Positions 31,422 through 42,010 of a stretch of DNA of 64,000 bases are shown here, piece after piece; position 1 is the stretch's first letter; every line of letters starts with the position of its first letter. The stretch comes from Candidatus Poribacteria bacterium (GTDB taxonomy: Bacteria > Poribacteria > WGA-4E > JAJDTR01), in assembly GCA_965222225.1 (NCBI GenBank), contig CBDCTK010000002.1, positions 4,928,001-4,992,000 of the forward strand. The letters run 5' to 3'. The notes under the pieces were generated by a model. It saw only the letters and a list, made by a program, of their open reading frames with translations, was not told where the DNA came from and searched no databases. Both the position numbers and the translations under genes were made by a program.

Positions 31422-32756
31422 ATGGCTCTTTTTGAACAGAACTATCAAGATGCGCGAAAACAGATTGCTCCGCTGGCACATCGGATGCGTCCGGAGTCAC
31501 TGGACGAATTCGTTGGTCAGGAGCATCTGTTGGGAAAAGATCGCCCGCTCCAAATTGCGATTGAAGAGGATTCGGTGTCCTCGTGCATTTTCTGGGGACC
31601 TCCCGGCTGCGGAAAAACAACCTTGGCTCATCTCGTCGCACAACGCACCGTGGCGCATTTTGAACCCCTCAATGCTAGTACGAGTGGAGTGCCTGAGCTG
31701 CGCAAACGGATTGCCGAAGCCGAAGAACGCCTGCGATACAACGTTCAGCGGACTATCCTTTTTCTAGATGAAATTCATCGATTCAACAAGGCGCAACAGG
31801 ATTTCCTACTCTCGTTTGTTGAAAATGGCACACTTGTGTTAATCGGTGCGACGACAGAGAACCCCTCTTTTGAGGTGAATGCGCCCCTGCTCTCGCGCAT
31901 GCAGGTTTACGTGTTTCAACCGCTGGAAGTTAACCATCTTCGCCGGTTGGTTGATCGGGCACTTGCTGACAAAGAACGTGGACTTGGCGAGTATGAAGCC
32001 GAACTCTCCGAGGACGGGATGGAGTTACTGACTCGGATTGCGGATGGAGACATTCGACTCGCTCTCAATGCCTTGGAGCTCGCGGTGCAAATGTGTAAGC
32101 CTGACGACGAGCGCCGCCGGCGTCTTGACGCGGAAATCGTTCATACGGCTGTACAGAAACGGTTGTTGCGCCACGATAAGGCGGGCGACGAGCATTACAA
32201 CCTGATTTCGGCATTCATCAAGAGCGTGCGGGGCTCCGACCCCGACGCTGCTGTTTACTGGTTGGCTCGATTGCTGGAAGGCGGAGAGGAACCGCGTTTC
32301 ATAGCGCGCCGAATGGTGATTCTAGCTTCTGAGGATGTGGGCAATGCGGATCCGCAAGCGTTGTTAGTCGCCGACGCAGCGGCGAGAGCAGTTGAATTCG
32401 TCGGTCTTCCGGAAGCACAATTGAACCTGGCTCAAGCAGCGGTATATTTGGCATGTGCTCGCAAAAGTAATGCGGTATATATGGCGTTGATCGCAGCTCA
32501 AAAAGATGTGCGCGAAGAGCCCGCATATCCGGTACCCCTGCACCTGAGGAACGCACCGACGCAGCTTATGCGCGACTTAAACTATGGAAAGGGATACCAG
32601 TATGCACACGATTTTCCCGGTCATGTGACAAACCAAGAAAACCTGCCCGAGGCCTTACGAGGAAGAACTTACTACAAGCCTACGGATATCGGTGCAGAGC
32701 GGCAAATCCATGAATATTTGAAGGAGATAAGAGAAACGCCGGATGATGACTCGTGA
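31422..32756 (+). CDS. rarA: Replication-associated recombination protein A (MgsA)
   Basis: [50 protein letters not shown]. Confidence 0.96.
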   Translation: MALFEQNYQDARKQIAPLAHRMRPESLDEFVGQEHLLGKDRPLQIAIEEDSVSSCIFWGPPGCGKTTLAHLVAQRTVAHFEPLNASTSGVPELRKRIAEAEERLRYNVQRTILFLDEIHRFNKAQQDFLLSFVENGTLVLIGATTENPSFEVNAPLLSRMQVYVFQPLEVNHLRRLVDRALADKERGLGEYEAELSEDGMELLTRIADGDIRLALNALELAVQMCKPDDERRRRLDAEIVHTAVQKRLLRHDKAGDEHYNLISAFIKSVRGSDPDAAVYWLARLLEGGEEPRFIARRMVILASEDVGNADPQALLVADAAARAVEFVGLPEAQLNLAQAAVYLACARKSNAVYMALIAAQKDVREEPAYPVPLHLRNAPTQLMRDLNYGKGYQYAHDFPGHVTNQENLPEALRGRTYYKPTDIGAERQIHEYLKEIRETPDDDS

Positions 32757-32781
32757 AGAGTAAGTTTGACTTGTACAGTTG

Positions 32782-32881
32782 TAGGGTGGGATCAACTGAG
32801 CGAATAGTGAAGGCGATAGAAGATCCCAATAGAAATCCTAGGACGATAAAGATCCCACTGCGATAGAAGTCCCCGCCCACC
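32782..32881 (+). repeat. REP (GTAGGGTGGG...CCCGCCCACC) expanded by full and partial 35-bp GATC units
   Basis: GATCAACTGAGCGAATAGTGAAGGCGATAGAAGATC plus three partial ATAGARATCC-like tails between the REP arms. Confidence 0.7.
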
Positions 32882-32891
32882 ATCTTTTTTA

Positions 32892-33272
32892 GAACCTGTT
32901 TGAAAATTCATTTCGGGTAGAACTTTTGTCCTGAAACCGAGTATTTTCTTGAAAACACCGTTTCTTTCTTGCGCAATCCCGTAGGGTGCGCACTGCGATC
33001 AAGTGACCGAATAGGGAACGCGATAGAGATCCCACCAGCCTTTGTGAGCCCCAGAGTGGGATCAAGGGAGCGAGTAGCGACTGCGATAGAGATCCATGAA
33101 GGTTTATAGAAACGCCGAAACCCAAGAATCTAAGCCCTAGCGTGGGATCAAACGAACGGATAGTGAGTGCGATAGAGATTCCACAGGTATGTAGCAGACA
33201 AGAACAGAAACATGAAAAAACTTCCTACAAAGTGACCAAAATTGCTTTGCCACCTATTATTCAAACAGGCTC
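32892..33272. mobile_element. MITE family B (IS5/IS1031-like ends) carrying three 35-bp units
   Basis: TIR GAACCTGTTTGAA ... TTCAAACAGGCTC flanked by a TTA/TTA duplication; no transposase. Confidence 0.75.
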
Positions 33273-33300
33273 TTAGTCCTGTAGGTTTTCCGCCGCTTAA

Positions 33301-33487
33301 TATAGTCATTACAACTAAGAGTTTTACATTTCTGTAGGAGCGATCTCCTATCGCGAGCAAAACTCGCTCCTACAGAAGACGCGCAATAAAGGGATTTCTA
33401 TCGCAGTCGCTATTCGCTCCCTTGATCGCGACTACAAACCGAACAGTGTAAATCCTATATGCATAATTCTTGGTTGAAATGACTATA
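33301..33487. mobile_element. MITE family C carrying a REP doublet
   Basis: 20-bp TIR TATAGTCATTACAACTAAGA / TCTTGGTTGAAATGACTATA (18/20 match); internal GTAGGAGCGA...TCGCTCCTAC. Confidence 0.72.
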
Positions 33488-33730
33488 TCTGTTGTAATCA
33501 CGGCAGAAACCACCCGGTAGTTGGAAGTGTCAAGCAGTTGTGTCAAGAGCGCATACATCGGGGCCTCCAGAACCATATTGGGTACCATTGCAATTAACTT
33601 GAACTCATAGGGCAAACGCGCGTTCCCGTAGCAAGTTTCATTCCCACACTTAACCCTGAAAACCCAATATAAATTGCAACCTTCGTCATCGGTAAGTGTG
33701 TACATCGGCGGGAGTCGCGGAGGATTGATT

Positions 33731-34339
33731 ATGCCTGAACTCGACGATGAATTGATGAAACGCTTCCGGAAAGGGGATGTGGACGCATTTAATCTTATTG
33801 TACGGCGCCACCGCGTTTCCCTTGTAAATTTCATCGCGCACTTCATTGGCGGTAATCGCGATTCCGCTGAAGACTTGGCGCAAGAGACCTTTGTTCGCAT
33901 GTTCAAGGCGTCGAGCCGCTATAAAGCGGGTACAGCCAAATTTAGCACGTGGATGTATCATATTGCGTCAAACCTCTGTAAGAATGAATTACGAAATCGG
34001 GGAAGACGTGGTCGCTTCTTCGTAGATAATGTTGGAACGAACGGTGAAGATACCGGTCAATCGGCGAGAGAAGACTTAATTGCCACGGCTCCCGCAGATT
34101 CCGCGTTTCAACCCGAAATAGAATTGGAACGAAAGGAGTTACAACACACCGTACAAAATGCTATCGCAGAATTACCTGAACGATATCGATTGCCAGTTTC
34201 ACTCCGTGATTTGCAAGGTCTGAGCTACGAAGAGATAAGTGAGGTTTTGAACTTACCGCTGGGCACAACCAAGTCGCGGATCAATCGTGCGAGGTTAATG
34301 CTCAAGGATAAATTAAGGAGTTTCGTGGAGTCACTATGA
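33731..34339 (+). CDS. ECF sigma-70 factor (SigW/RpoE-like)
   Basis: GDVDAF, AEDLAQETF, FSTWMYHIA, LSYEEISEVL..PLGTTKSRINRAR. Confidence 0.93.
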   Translation: MPELDDELMKRFRKGDVDAFNLIVRRHRVSLVNFIAHFIGGNRDSAEDLAQETFVRMFKASSRYKAGTAKFSTWMYHIASNLCKNELRNRGRRGRFFVDNVGTNGEDTGQSAREDLIATAPADSAFQPEIELERKELQHTVQNAIAELPERYRLPVSLRDLQGLSYEEISEVLNLPLGTTKSRINRARLMLKDKLRSFVESL

Positions 34340-34938
34340 ATTGCTTAATGGCAGAAGAGCACTTCTCCGCATACCTTGAAGACGAACTAGACTATCGGAC
34401 AATAAAGGAATTTGAAGCGCATCTTACAGATTGCGGATCGTGCAGCAGTGAATTTGCGCTGTTTCGTAAATCGGTAAACTTACTTCATCAACTACCGCGT
34501 ATTGAACCCTCATCGGGCTTTGACCGTTCCATGCAGTCTAGAGTTGGCAATCTTGATGTCGATAGAATTCCCGGTTGGCATCAATTCCTTGATTCCCTAC
34601 GCACTCGGCCTGTGTGGGCATTCAGTGGGATTGCCACTATTTTGCTCGTTGGATTACTTACCGCCTACTTTTACCAGAACGGTCTGGATGGGTATAATCC
34701 CTCCTCGTCCGGAATTGTGTTTGAGACTGATTCAAGCCCGGCCTATCGGCGTGTAGACAGAATCGATACTCAGGAGCCATCGGCTCTGCGGGTGCATCAA
34801 GTCAATGTTCCGTTAGATTTTGGCAGTGGAGGTTTTTCTGGAAGAGAAGTCTTGGAATGGCGCCCGCAGCGTACTCAACAAAATTTTATCTTACAAACGG
34901 TTAATTATAGCTCTGCGCCCCGTGGCGGAGGCTTGTAA
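34336..34938 (+). CDS. Zinc-binding (zf-HC2/ZAS) transmembrane anti-sigma factor
   Basis: HLTDCGSC HxxxCxxC motif, one TM helix; 4-bp overlap with the sigma gene. Confidence 0.88.
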   Translation: MNCLMAEEHFSAYLEDELDYRTIKEFEAHLTDCGSCSSEFALFRKSVNLLHQLPRIEPSSGFDRSMQSRVGNLDVDRIPGWHQFLDSLRTRPVWAFSGIATILLVGLLTAYFYQNGLDGYNPSSSGIVFETDSSPAYRRVDRIDTQEPSALRVHQVNVPLDFGSGGFSGREVLEWRPQRTQQNFILQTVNYSSAPRGGGL

Positions 34939-34961
34939 AGGCACCGAGAAGGTCTTGGAAG

Positions 34962-36050
34962 ATGCGACTTAGAACACTGCGAATTAAACTTGCCATCGGT
35001 TTCGGAATCGCGCTACTCTACTTAACTTCCCACCTATCTGCAGAACAGAATATATTGCAGTCCATGGAACAACAGTTTCAGACGATTGTAAACGCAGTAA
35101 AGCCTTCTGTGGTAGAGGTCATCGCGACGCACGAAGTTACTGAAGTCAGATTGGGACCAGTCTTCAAGAGTTTCGAGGATACCGTCCGCGGTAAATCGGT
35201 TCCCGTACAACACCACCAGAACATTGGCTCGGGCATCGTGATCGATTCAGATGGGCACATTGTAACGATGGGGGCGGTGGTTGGGAACGCGGACAAGATT
35301 GAAGTAGAATTCATGGGGGGACAGCGTCAACCCGCGGTGCTCTTGGGAATCGACGCCTACTCCGATATTGCGGTCCTCCGAGTTGAGCATGACTATCCTA
35401 CCAAGACAGTCCTTGGCGATTCCGATCAGCTTCGCGCCGGATCGTGGGTTGTGACTGTCGGGTGTTCTTTTGGGGCATGCGCAACGTTGTCGTTTGGAAT
35501 TGTAAATGGGCTTGAGGTGTTGTCGGATAATCCACACTATGAAGCCATCCAAATCAACGCGCCTGTAAAGCCCGGGAATAGCGGAGGTGCTGTTGCGAAT
35601 ACGTCCGGTCAGATAGTGGGTGTCATCACTGCCACACTTGCCCACACACCGATTGCGCACAAGAACCGATCGTCGGATGGACCTCTCCTGTCTAACAGGA
35701 TTTTATCGGGGCAGGATATAAGTTTTGCCATGCCGATAAAAACCGTCCAAACAATAGCTAGCCATATAATAAAGCATGGTGAAATGCCGAGAGGTTGGCT
35801 AGGAGTCTGGGTAGACCACCATGATGCCCGGGGGGTACAGGTCACAAGCGTTGCTGAGAAAAGTCCCGCTGAAGACGCAGGCATTCTACGGCGAGATATA
35901 ATCGTGGATTTCAACGGTACGCCAATTGATACATACGACGATTTGATTAAGCTAGTAACATCTTTGGCTCCGAATACGCCAGTGAAAGTCAGGGTATTGC
36001 GGGGCAATGAACACCTCGCTTTGGACGCGGTGCTCGGCACGAGAGACTGA
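34962..36050 (+). CDS. HtrA/DegP-like trypsin-fold protein with one PDZ domain (catalytic His apparently missing)
   Basis: Signal peptide, GSGIV, DIAVL, PGNSGG, RGWLGV PDZ; TNxHV replaced by TMGAV. Confidence 0.88.
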   Translation: MRLRTLRIKLAIGFGIALLYLTSHLSAEQNILQSMEQQFQTIVNAVKPSVVEVIATHEVTEVRLGPVFKSFEDTVRGKSVPVQHHQNIGSGIVIDSDGHIVTMGAVVGNADKIEVEFMGGQRQPAVLLGIDAYSDIAVLRVEHDYPTKTVLGDSDQLRAGSWVVTVGCSFGACATLSFGIVNGLEVLSDNPHYEAIQINAPVKPGNSGGAVANTSGQIVGVITATLAHTPIAHKNRSSDGPLLSNRILSGQDISFAMPIKTVQTIASHIIKHGEMPRGWLGVWVDHHDARGVQVTSVAEKSPAEDAGILRRDIIVDFNGTPIDTYDDLIKLVTSLAPNTPVKVRVLRGNEHLALDAVLGTRD

Positions 36051-36088
36051 ATTCCTCCTTGCTCTTGCCAATTTGGAAAGTTCCCTCC

Positions 36089-36478
36089 CTATTTCCCCTC
36101 TTTCCCCGAATCCAACATAATTTGTGCAAACATCATTACGTCGTTTCGGAACTCCGGCGTAAAATCCTCCGCTTGCTTTACTTTTGAAAAGTTCCCAAAC
36201 ACCGACTCTAGAGTCTCGCAAAATTCCTTCGATTTACCTGTCGCCTGCGCTTCCTGGGTCATCTCCTGAAAAATCCTAACCTTAGCAGCTTCCTCTCTTT
36301 CTGCTTGTACTTCCTTTATAGATTTGTCATAGGTTAATCGAAGGGTTTCAACGATGTGGTACGCCATTGATCTGCCATACTTCTGAGAATCTCTTTTTGC
36401 GCCATCATAAATTTCAAATGGCACTAGTATGCTTATCTGCTTTTTTAACGAATGCTTTGGTTGTCGATATTCTTTCAT
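36089..36478 (-). CDS. Hypothetical protein with probable N-terminal ribbon-helix-helix DNA-binding domain
   Basis: KQISILVPFEIYDGAKRDSQKYGRSMAYHIVETL fits an Arc/CopG-like pattern; GAGGA RBS. Confidence 0.5.
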   Translation of the reverse strand: MKEYRQPKHSLKKQISILVPFEIYDGAKRDSQKYGRSMAYHIVETLRLTYDKSIKEVQAEREEAAKVRIFQEMTQEAQATGKSKEFCETLESVFGNFSKVKQAEDFTPEFRNDVMMFAQIMLDSGKEGK

Positions 36479-36638
36479 GGCTATCCTCGGGAATTCTAAG
36501 TCCTGAAAATAATAAACTTCCAAATGCACAATTTGAAATGTTATCCTTCGGATAATTATACCATATACAGATGTGGCTATGCAAATCGTAATTCATCGTT
36601 ATTTATGGGATATAGTAAACTTGGTATATACAGCAATT

Positions 36639-37544
36639 CTATTCCCATGAAATGCTGTCCATAGTCATATGTAAGTCCCGTTCTGTAGGCATTGTATAAA
36701 GTGACGTTGTATTAATACTGGAATGTCCTAAAATTTTCGCTACTCTATCAATTGGGTTTCCGGCATCTATAAGGTTCTTAGCACAAGTATGTCGAAGGAT
36801 GTGAGGAGACACATTTGGTATTTTGGATAAATAGCTATATTTCTTTATCAGATATCGAACTCCTCTATCCGTTAGTGGCATCTGTTTCTGACCATAGAAC
36901 AGAAACTCGGCGTTTTTACTCCCAGCCATATCGGCTACTATGCCATTCTGGCTTCCAATCGTCTTGATGTAGTCTTTCAAAACTCTCGATACAGTCGGAT
37001 TTAACGGTATATTCCGGCGTTTAGTGCCCTTCCCTTCACGCACCGTAAGCATATTACTATTATCTGAAATAGAAATATCGGAAACTCTGAGATTACATAG
37101 CTCGCTTACACGTATCCCAGTATGAAGGAGCACGGTAATAATCGCTAAATCCCTTATTTTACCGGTTCTGCGTACTGCCCGCAGCAATGCGAGTTGTTCT
37201 TTGCGGTCTAGAGCGCGTGGCCCAAGAGGCTCTTCGACGACATTGCGCACTCCTTCCACCGGGTTGTTCGGAATTAAATTGCAGTCTTGTGCCCATTGAC
37301 AGAAACCTGAGATGCTAATCAACGTACGGTTTATCGTAGCGGGCCTCTTATGCTCGCGCAGCATCGAATTTCGGTAGTCAATCACATCCATTGGTGTGAT
37401 GTTGTCAGGGGTAGCCAATTCGCCGGTAGTGCGCTGCAACCAAATTGAAAACAGCCGTAAATCTGCCATATAGGCTCTTATGGTGTGCTCGGACTTGTCG
37501 TGGTCGCAGAGATGGTCTTGATAATCCTGCAAAAAATCGTTCAT
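36639..37544 (-). CDS. Tyrosine recombinase (XerD/TnpI-like) with SAM-like N-terminal domain
   Basis: SEHTIRAY, TGIRVSEL (R), GKG.K (K), PHILRHT (HxxR), LGH, TSLYT (Y). Confidence 0.93.
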   Translation of the reverse strand: MNDFLQDYQDHLCDHDKSEHTIRAYMADLRLFSIWLQRTTGELATPDNITPMDVIDYRNSMLREHKRPATINRTLISISGFCQWAQDCNLIPNNPVEGVRNVVEEPLGPRALDRKEQLALLRAVRRTGKIRDLAIITVLLHTGIRVSELCNLRVSDISISDNSNMLTVREGKGTKRRNIPLNPTVSRVLKDYIKTIGSQNGIVADMAGSKNAEFLFYGQKQMPLTDRGVRYLIKKYSYLSKIPNVSPHILRHTCAKNLIDAGNPIDRVAKILGHSSINTTSLYTMPTERDLHMTMDSISWE

Positions 37545-37556
37545 ATTTGCTGTATC

Positions 37557-37681
37557 TTATCGGACATATTTTTAGTGAACGCAGTCTATACAAGGGTTTG
37601 AACGTTGTTAATCGAGTGGCTGTTTCACTTATCGGACATAAAAAAGCCCTAGAACGTCCGATAAGGTTAATTATCGGACAT
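37557..37681. promoter_or_regulatory. Putative recombination site for the adjacent recombinase: inverted core plus two accessory boxes
   Basis: ACGTCCGATAA-GGTTAA-TTATCGGACAT at 37654-37681; extra TTATCGGACAT copies at 37629 and 37557. Confidence 0.8.
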
Positions 37682-37828
37682 TTTAGGACTGAAGGTTCTT
37701 ACACCCAATAAAAACATACTATTTGACGTCTTAAGGGTGTTTAATCTTGGAACTCAGGCAAATCGGTGTGTACTAGCAATCTCGGGCTATTAAATGAAGA
37801 TACAATTTTCATTCACTGCGCGCTTTCT

Positions 37829-37853
37829 GTAGGAGCGATCTCCGAATCGCGAC
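37829..37853 (+). repeat. GTAG-type REP
   Basis: GTAGGAGCGATCTCCGAATCGCGAC, near-identical to the REP near 33334. Confidence 0.65.
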
Positions 37854-38286
37854 CACCCCACTCGTCATAGTTATTAAATCACAAACTCGTAGCGCTTCAA
37901 AATCAATACTGACGAAAAAGGAATCGCTCTTACTGACGTACACGCGGGTGTAGAGATTGATAAATTAACGCCGGACTTGCAACAATGAATGCTCCGCCAG
38001 AGATTTCGGATTTACCGGCGACTAGGAAGGGCTGTTTTCCTATCCAAGTGAGCTAAATCCTCCGCCTCATGCACCTAATCAAATGTTTCCGCTGGTTACC
38101 TGCTGTTCCTTTCCATCAACTGAATCATGTTCATTCGCTCAAGCGCGGCGCGAATCTAGTCTATTGGTATTGAGTGGTTCTTTCGCTAAGTAAATAATTC
38201 ATCCGAAACCGATCAAAGACCCGAATAGATTAACCGAGTGAATAACGAGAACGTTAGGAATCCCACTGTCTTGTCGCTCCAGAGGG

Positions 38287-38322
38287 GATCAAGCGAACGG
38301 ATAGTGAGTGCGATAGAAATCC
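38287..38322 (+). repeat. Solo 35-bp GATC unit
   Basis: GATCAAGCGAACGGATAGTGAGTGCGATAGAAATCC. Confidence 0.75.
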
Positions 38323-38599
38323 TCCATGTGAGACTGTCTACTGTACGTTGTCGTGCTTTCCGGCAGTCAAAATACGCACTCCTTATATCTTATTCTCTTA
38401 GCGAATAAACCATTGAGTCGGTGCTTGGGGTCCAGGCATCCTATTTCACCTAATTTTCTGACGAGACCGCGAGAAGTCGTTCGTTATGATAAATAGCGTC
38501 ATTTACTCCCGAGGTTGACTCATTTGGATTCGGTTAATTAGAGCTACCTGAAGTTTCAATTCATCGCAGGAATGACACACTGTTTGGAAATCGAACGAT

Positions 38600-40681
38600 T
38601 TACTGCGCTGCGCCCAGCACGTTTTGCCCGAAGGGGTGATACTTACGTGTTGGCAACAATTGATCTTCGAGTTGAAAGAAATCCTCTGCGAAACTGGTGT
38701 TAAGCAGTGCTTTTCTTATTTCCCACTCCTCTGTGTTGCGGATTTGACGAACACCTTCTTTCATCCAATAGTCGACTCGCGTGATTTTACGTGGATGCCA
38801 AATGCCTGAGGATAATTGGTAGTCAAGAAACTCAATAACCGTTTCAGGAAGTTCGGCATCCGGTGATGAGAAACATTCCATACGCTTGATACCAAATCCC
38901 TTTTCTACATCAATCGTCACCTTCTCGAGCATCTTTCCCCTGACTCCGGTTTGAAAAGTTAGAACATACTCACCGTGACTGCCCTTTATTGAAGAAAGGG
39001 TTTCTATATTTACCTCCCGTAGGTCAATCTCTTGCCATCTACCCAAAAGATGCCACATTCCACCCTCAATTATCAGAGGTAAGCGCAGCCTGGCGACCAT
39101 GCTACTATGGGACACTTGTTCGTGTAGGCCATCAGAAATGAAGTGACTTCGTCACCGGCCCCGTAAAATTCCGCGGCTTCCGCAGTTGCATATTCTTTGA
39201 CATTTTTTCTGGTGAACCGGTACGCAAAGATACGGGCTTTCGTTTTTGCAGAAATGTAAGCGAGCTCGAAAGCAACATTCCACTTTTCATGGAGTTGCTC
39301 TTCTCCCGCCAGTACCTGGGATAAATATTGGCGAGATAACCGTATATTTTTTTCGTGATTTGTGCGATAACGGGGACGGTTCTGGACCTCAAGTGATAAC
39401 TCTGAAAACCGTTCATCCAGCTCATGAATAGCGGCTTGTGATTTGCCACGCGCTTCTGCCTGGGATATTCTTGCAACTGTGTCTCGCTTGTAGATGATTT
39501 CCAATTCGCCGCTGGATACTTCGGTTTGGGCAGATTGGAGACCTTCAAGAACCGCCTCAAGTGACAATTCTGCTTCCGCCACCCGCATCGCCCCCATCTG
39601 TACGGCAAAAAAGGTCATGATGCAGCATCCGACGACAACGGCTAGCTTCGTCAACGGACGCCGGTTTAAGTTTTCGGCGAGAATCGTTCGGATTCGTTCT
39701 TCAATTCTTGATGAACGCGCTATCGCCACCGCCGTTCGCGAAACCGAGCCAACCGCCTTCACATTTCGCGCATTATCAAGTAAGTGCTCAGCGTAGTTGG
39801 TCGATTGATACCCCGCGTTGAGGACATGGTCATCGCACGCCCGCTCCGCCTCAACCCGCCTCCGAACGCGCCGCAAACCACACGAGTGGATTAAACCAGT
39901 AGACCGCACATCACGTGTGCGATTAACTGTGACTCCCAGTCTCATTCCGCTGGATGTGCGCCAATTCGTGGAGCAGAACAGCGCGTAGCCGTTCCTCTTG
40001 CCAGTTGCTCGCATCAGCGGGCAACAAAATCGTTGGGTGGAAAACCCCCCAAACCATCGGCACGGTGACTGCGTTGCTTTTTTTGACTCTAACCTGTCGC
40101 TTCCAACCGAGTCGCAAGCCCTGTATTGAACCGCTGAAATCGTCGCTGCGGGCGGTGATGTGCCAAACGGCACCCACGCCAACAACCAAACGGGCGAGCA
40201 GAAACAGTCCGACCGACGCCCAGGCCAACGCCAGCCAATCAGTCCAATGGAGGGAGACGAAGGTCGTCCACGACCCGTCCAAATGAGGGGCACTGCTCTC
40301 GCCGGTCGCGGGTTCCGGTTGAATTCGCGCTGGTGTGGCGTGGGTTAATGACGCCGCGGTTGTCGGCAACGGCCGTGGTGCCATTGGAACCGGTGTGACG
40401 GCGAGCTGATTGTCCTCTATCCACACATTTGTCTCAAATCCGACCGGCTTTCCCGGCAGGACGCCAATCTCATACGGCGAAAGCGTGAGAAAAAATACCG
40501 AGACCATGAGGCATCCGAGGATTGCGATGTTCCAAACCAACCCCCGCAATGCCGCTGATTTACTGCGCAAAAGAAATGCCAATACTCCGGCAACAGCGAA
40601 AATCACTAGGCTCTTCATCGTAGCGTTAAGTAGAAATCTCAACCAAGAGTTGGAATTGAGCACATCAATTAATTGCATCAT
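38600..40681 (-). pseudogene. BlaR1/MecR1 (peptidase M56) sensor with LolA-like extracellular domain, multiply frameshifted
   Basis: VPMVWGVFHP, LLHELAHI, YWFNPLVW and EAERACDD spread over different frames near 39860-39940; another shift near 39120. Confidence 0.82.
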
Positions 40682-41067
40682 GAGGATTTGCCTCCCTTCT
40701 TGGCTTGTTCAATGAGTTGACTTAAGCGGTCAAGTTCGTCATCCGAGATTTCGGCGTCGGAAACCAATGTTGCTACCGTTTTTTCAACCGATTTATCGAA
40801 GAAAGTTTGAACAATCTGTTTCAGCGCGGAACGTCCCACTTGATGGCGCGGTTGCGTGGCGCGATAGATATAACGCGGCCCATCTTTTTCGTGGACGAGA
40901 TGCCCCTTCTCCTCCAAAATCCGTAAAAGCGCGCGAACCGTGGAATAACTGGGTGCGTCCGGCGGCTCCGACAGCACATCGGCAACAGAAGCGCTTCCGC
41001 GTTCGTAGATAATATTCATTATCTGCCGCTCACGGCGACTGAGTCTTACGGTACGATAATCTTTCAT
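40678..41067 (-). CDS. BlaI/MecI/CopY-family repressor
   Basis: LSRRERQIM, SYSTVRALLRILEEKG, GPRYIY; overlaps the M56 gene start. Confidence 0.92.
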   Translation of the reverse strand: MKDYRTVRLSRRERQIMNIIYERGSASVADVLSEPPDAPSYSTVRALLRILEEKGHLVHEKDGPRYIYRATQPRHQVGRSALKQIVQTFFDKSVEKTVATLVSDAEISDDELDRLSQLIEQAKKGGKSS

Positions 41068-41196
41068 TATGTCACCTCTTTCGGAAAGATGCGAATATTT
41101 TAGCATCAAAGGCAAAATAAACAACACCCATCAAGAAAACGGTGAAACTAAACCATTCGCACCAATGCGCCCACTGTATTCAGTCTATAGATTGTC

Positions 41197-41730
41197 TCAA
41201 GTCGCTTTCGGCAGGTACTGGGACAATAGCTTGTCAACGCTCTCCCGCTGGCATCGCTGAAACTTGTCCCACTCGAGCCACCATGGAAACTTGTCACCTG
41301 ACTTGATTAAGCCGAGTATATATGCCTCTTTTCCTAAGCCAAGCTTGTAGTCCCCTTCCTCTTTCCATTGGAACGCGTTGAGGTCTTTCCACTTCGTAAA
41401 CTTACCTTGGGAATTGAGTCCTGCTGCCCTGATCTGAAACCGATTCACGGAGGTAGCAGAGAAAAGAGGGAGTGTTAATCCTAGCAATGGCCACAATTTC
41501 GATGAAGACTCCCAACCGCTATTTATCACGAACACGATATGAAAAAGTATTACAGCGATCCAAATCACAATAAAAAAGCCTAAAGACACCTTGTGGGACC
41601 TCGGTGTAGGAAGATGAAATAGAACACGTCCCATGATTCGCTGTTTCCGGAGCAGATGCCAAGGTAACGCCACCAGAAGCGAGAGAAACAGAACTAGAAA
41701 TACGATATTAAATAGACGCTCAACTAACAC
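41197..41730 (-). CDS. Hypothetical membrane protein (DUF5673-like)
   Basis: Three hydrophobic helices then IRAAGL...KWKDL..FQW PH-like segment. Confidence 0.55.
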   Translation of the reverse strand: MLVERLFNIVFLVLFLSLLVALPWHLLRKQRIMGRVLFHLPTPRSHKVSLGFFIVIWIAVILFHIVFVINSGWESSSKLWPLLGLTLPLFSATSVNRFQIRAAGLNSQGKFTKWKDLNAFQWKEEGDYKLGLGKEAYILGLIKSGDKFPWWLEWDKFQRCQRESVDKLLSQYLPKAT

Positions 41731-42010
41731 CGTTCACACCTCGTTGAATAATCGTTTCTTGGATTGGCACTTGTTCTTGGGTTGTGCCCAATCTAATTCA
41801 TTTGCATCAAGTCGGTTTCAAGAGCGAGGTGGTGTTGTATTGAAAGGTTCCACGGGTTAATCCGGTAGTAGCCGAAGAAGTGGCGTTTGTGACCAGTTGA
41901 CAGTGTGGTCGCGATAAGTTGGGATTTTGCCTAATCATCTAGCGGCTGCTGTCACGAGCGTAAATGCAACTACGCGAGTAAAATGTGCTTTACAACGTAA
42001 CAATTTCCAA

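Noticed and set aside
32790-33430. Clustered 35-bp repeats as a CRISPR array
   Set aside because: Spacing is irregular, copies are divergent, in both orientations, nested and dispersed; no cas genes in the window
32889-33906. Short ORFs over the MITE cluster and antisense to the sigma gene
   Set aside because: Derived from repeats or shadow frames, with no protein-like features
37654-37681. Chromosomal dif site
   Set aside because: Arms are symmetric, lack the XerD arm TTATGTTAAAT, and are repeated next to a dedicated recombinase
36639-38600. Integron (intI plus attI and cassettes)
   Set aside because: The recombinase lacks the IntI-specific insertion before the HxxR motif and no attC-bounded cassettes follow
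37900-38600. ncRNA in the gene-free gap after the recombinase
   Set aside because: Only short hairpins and repeat remnants; no recognisable RNA family
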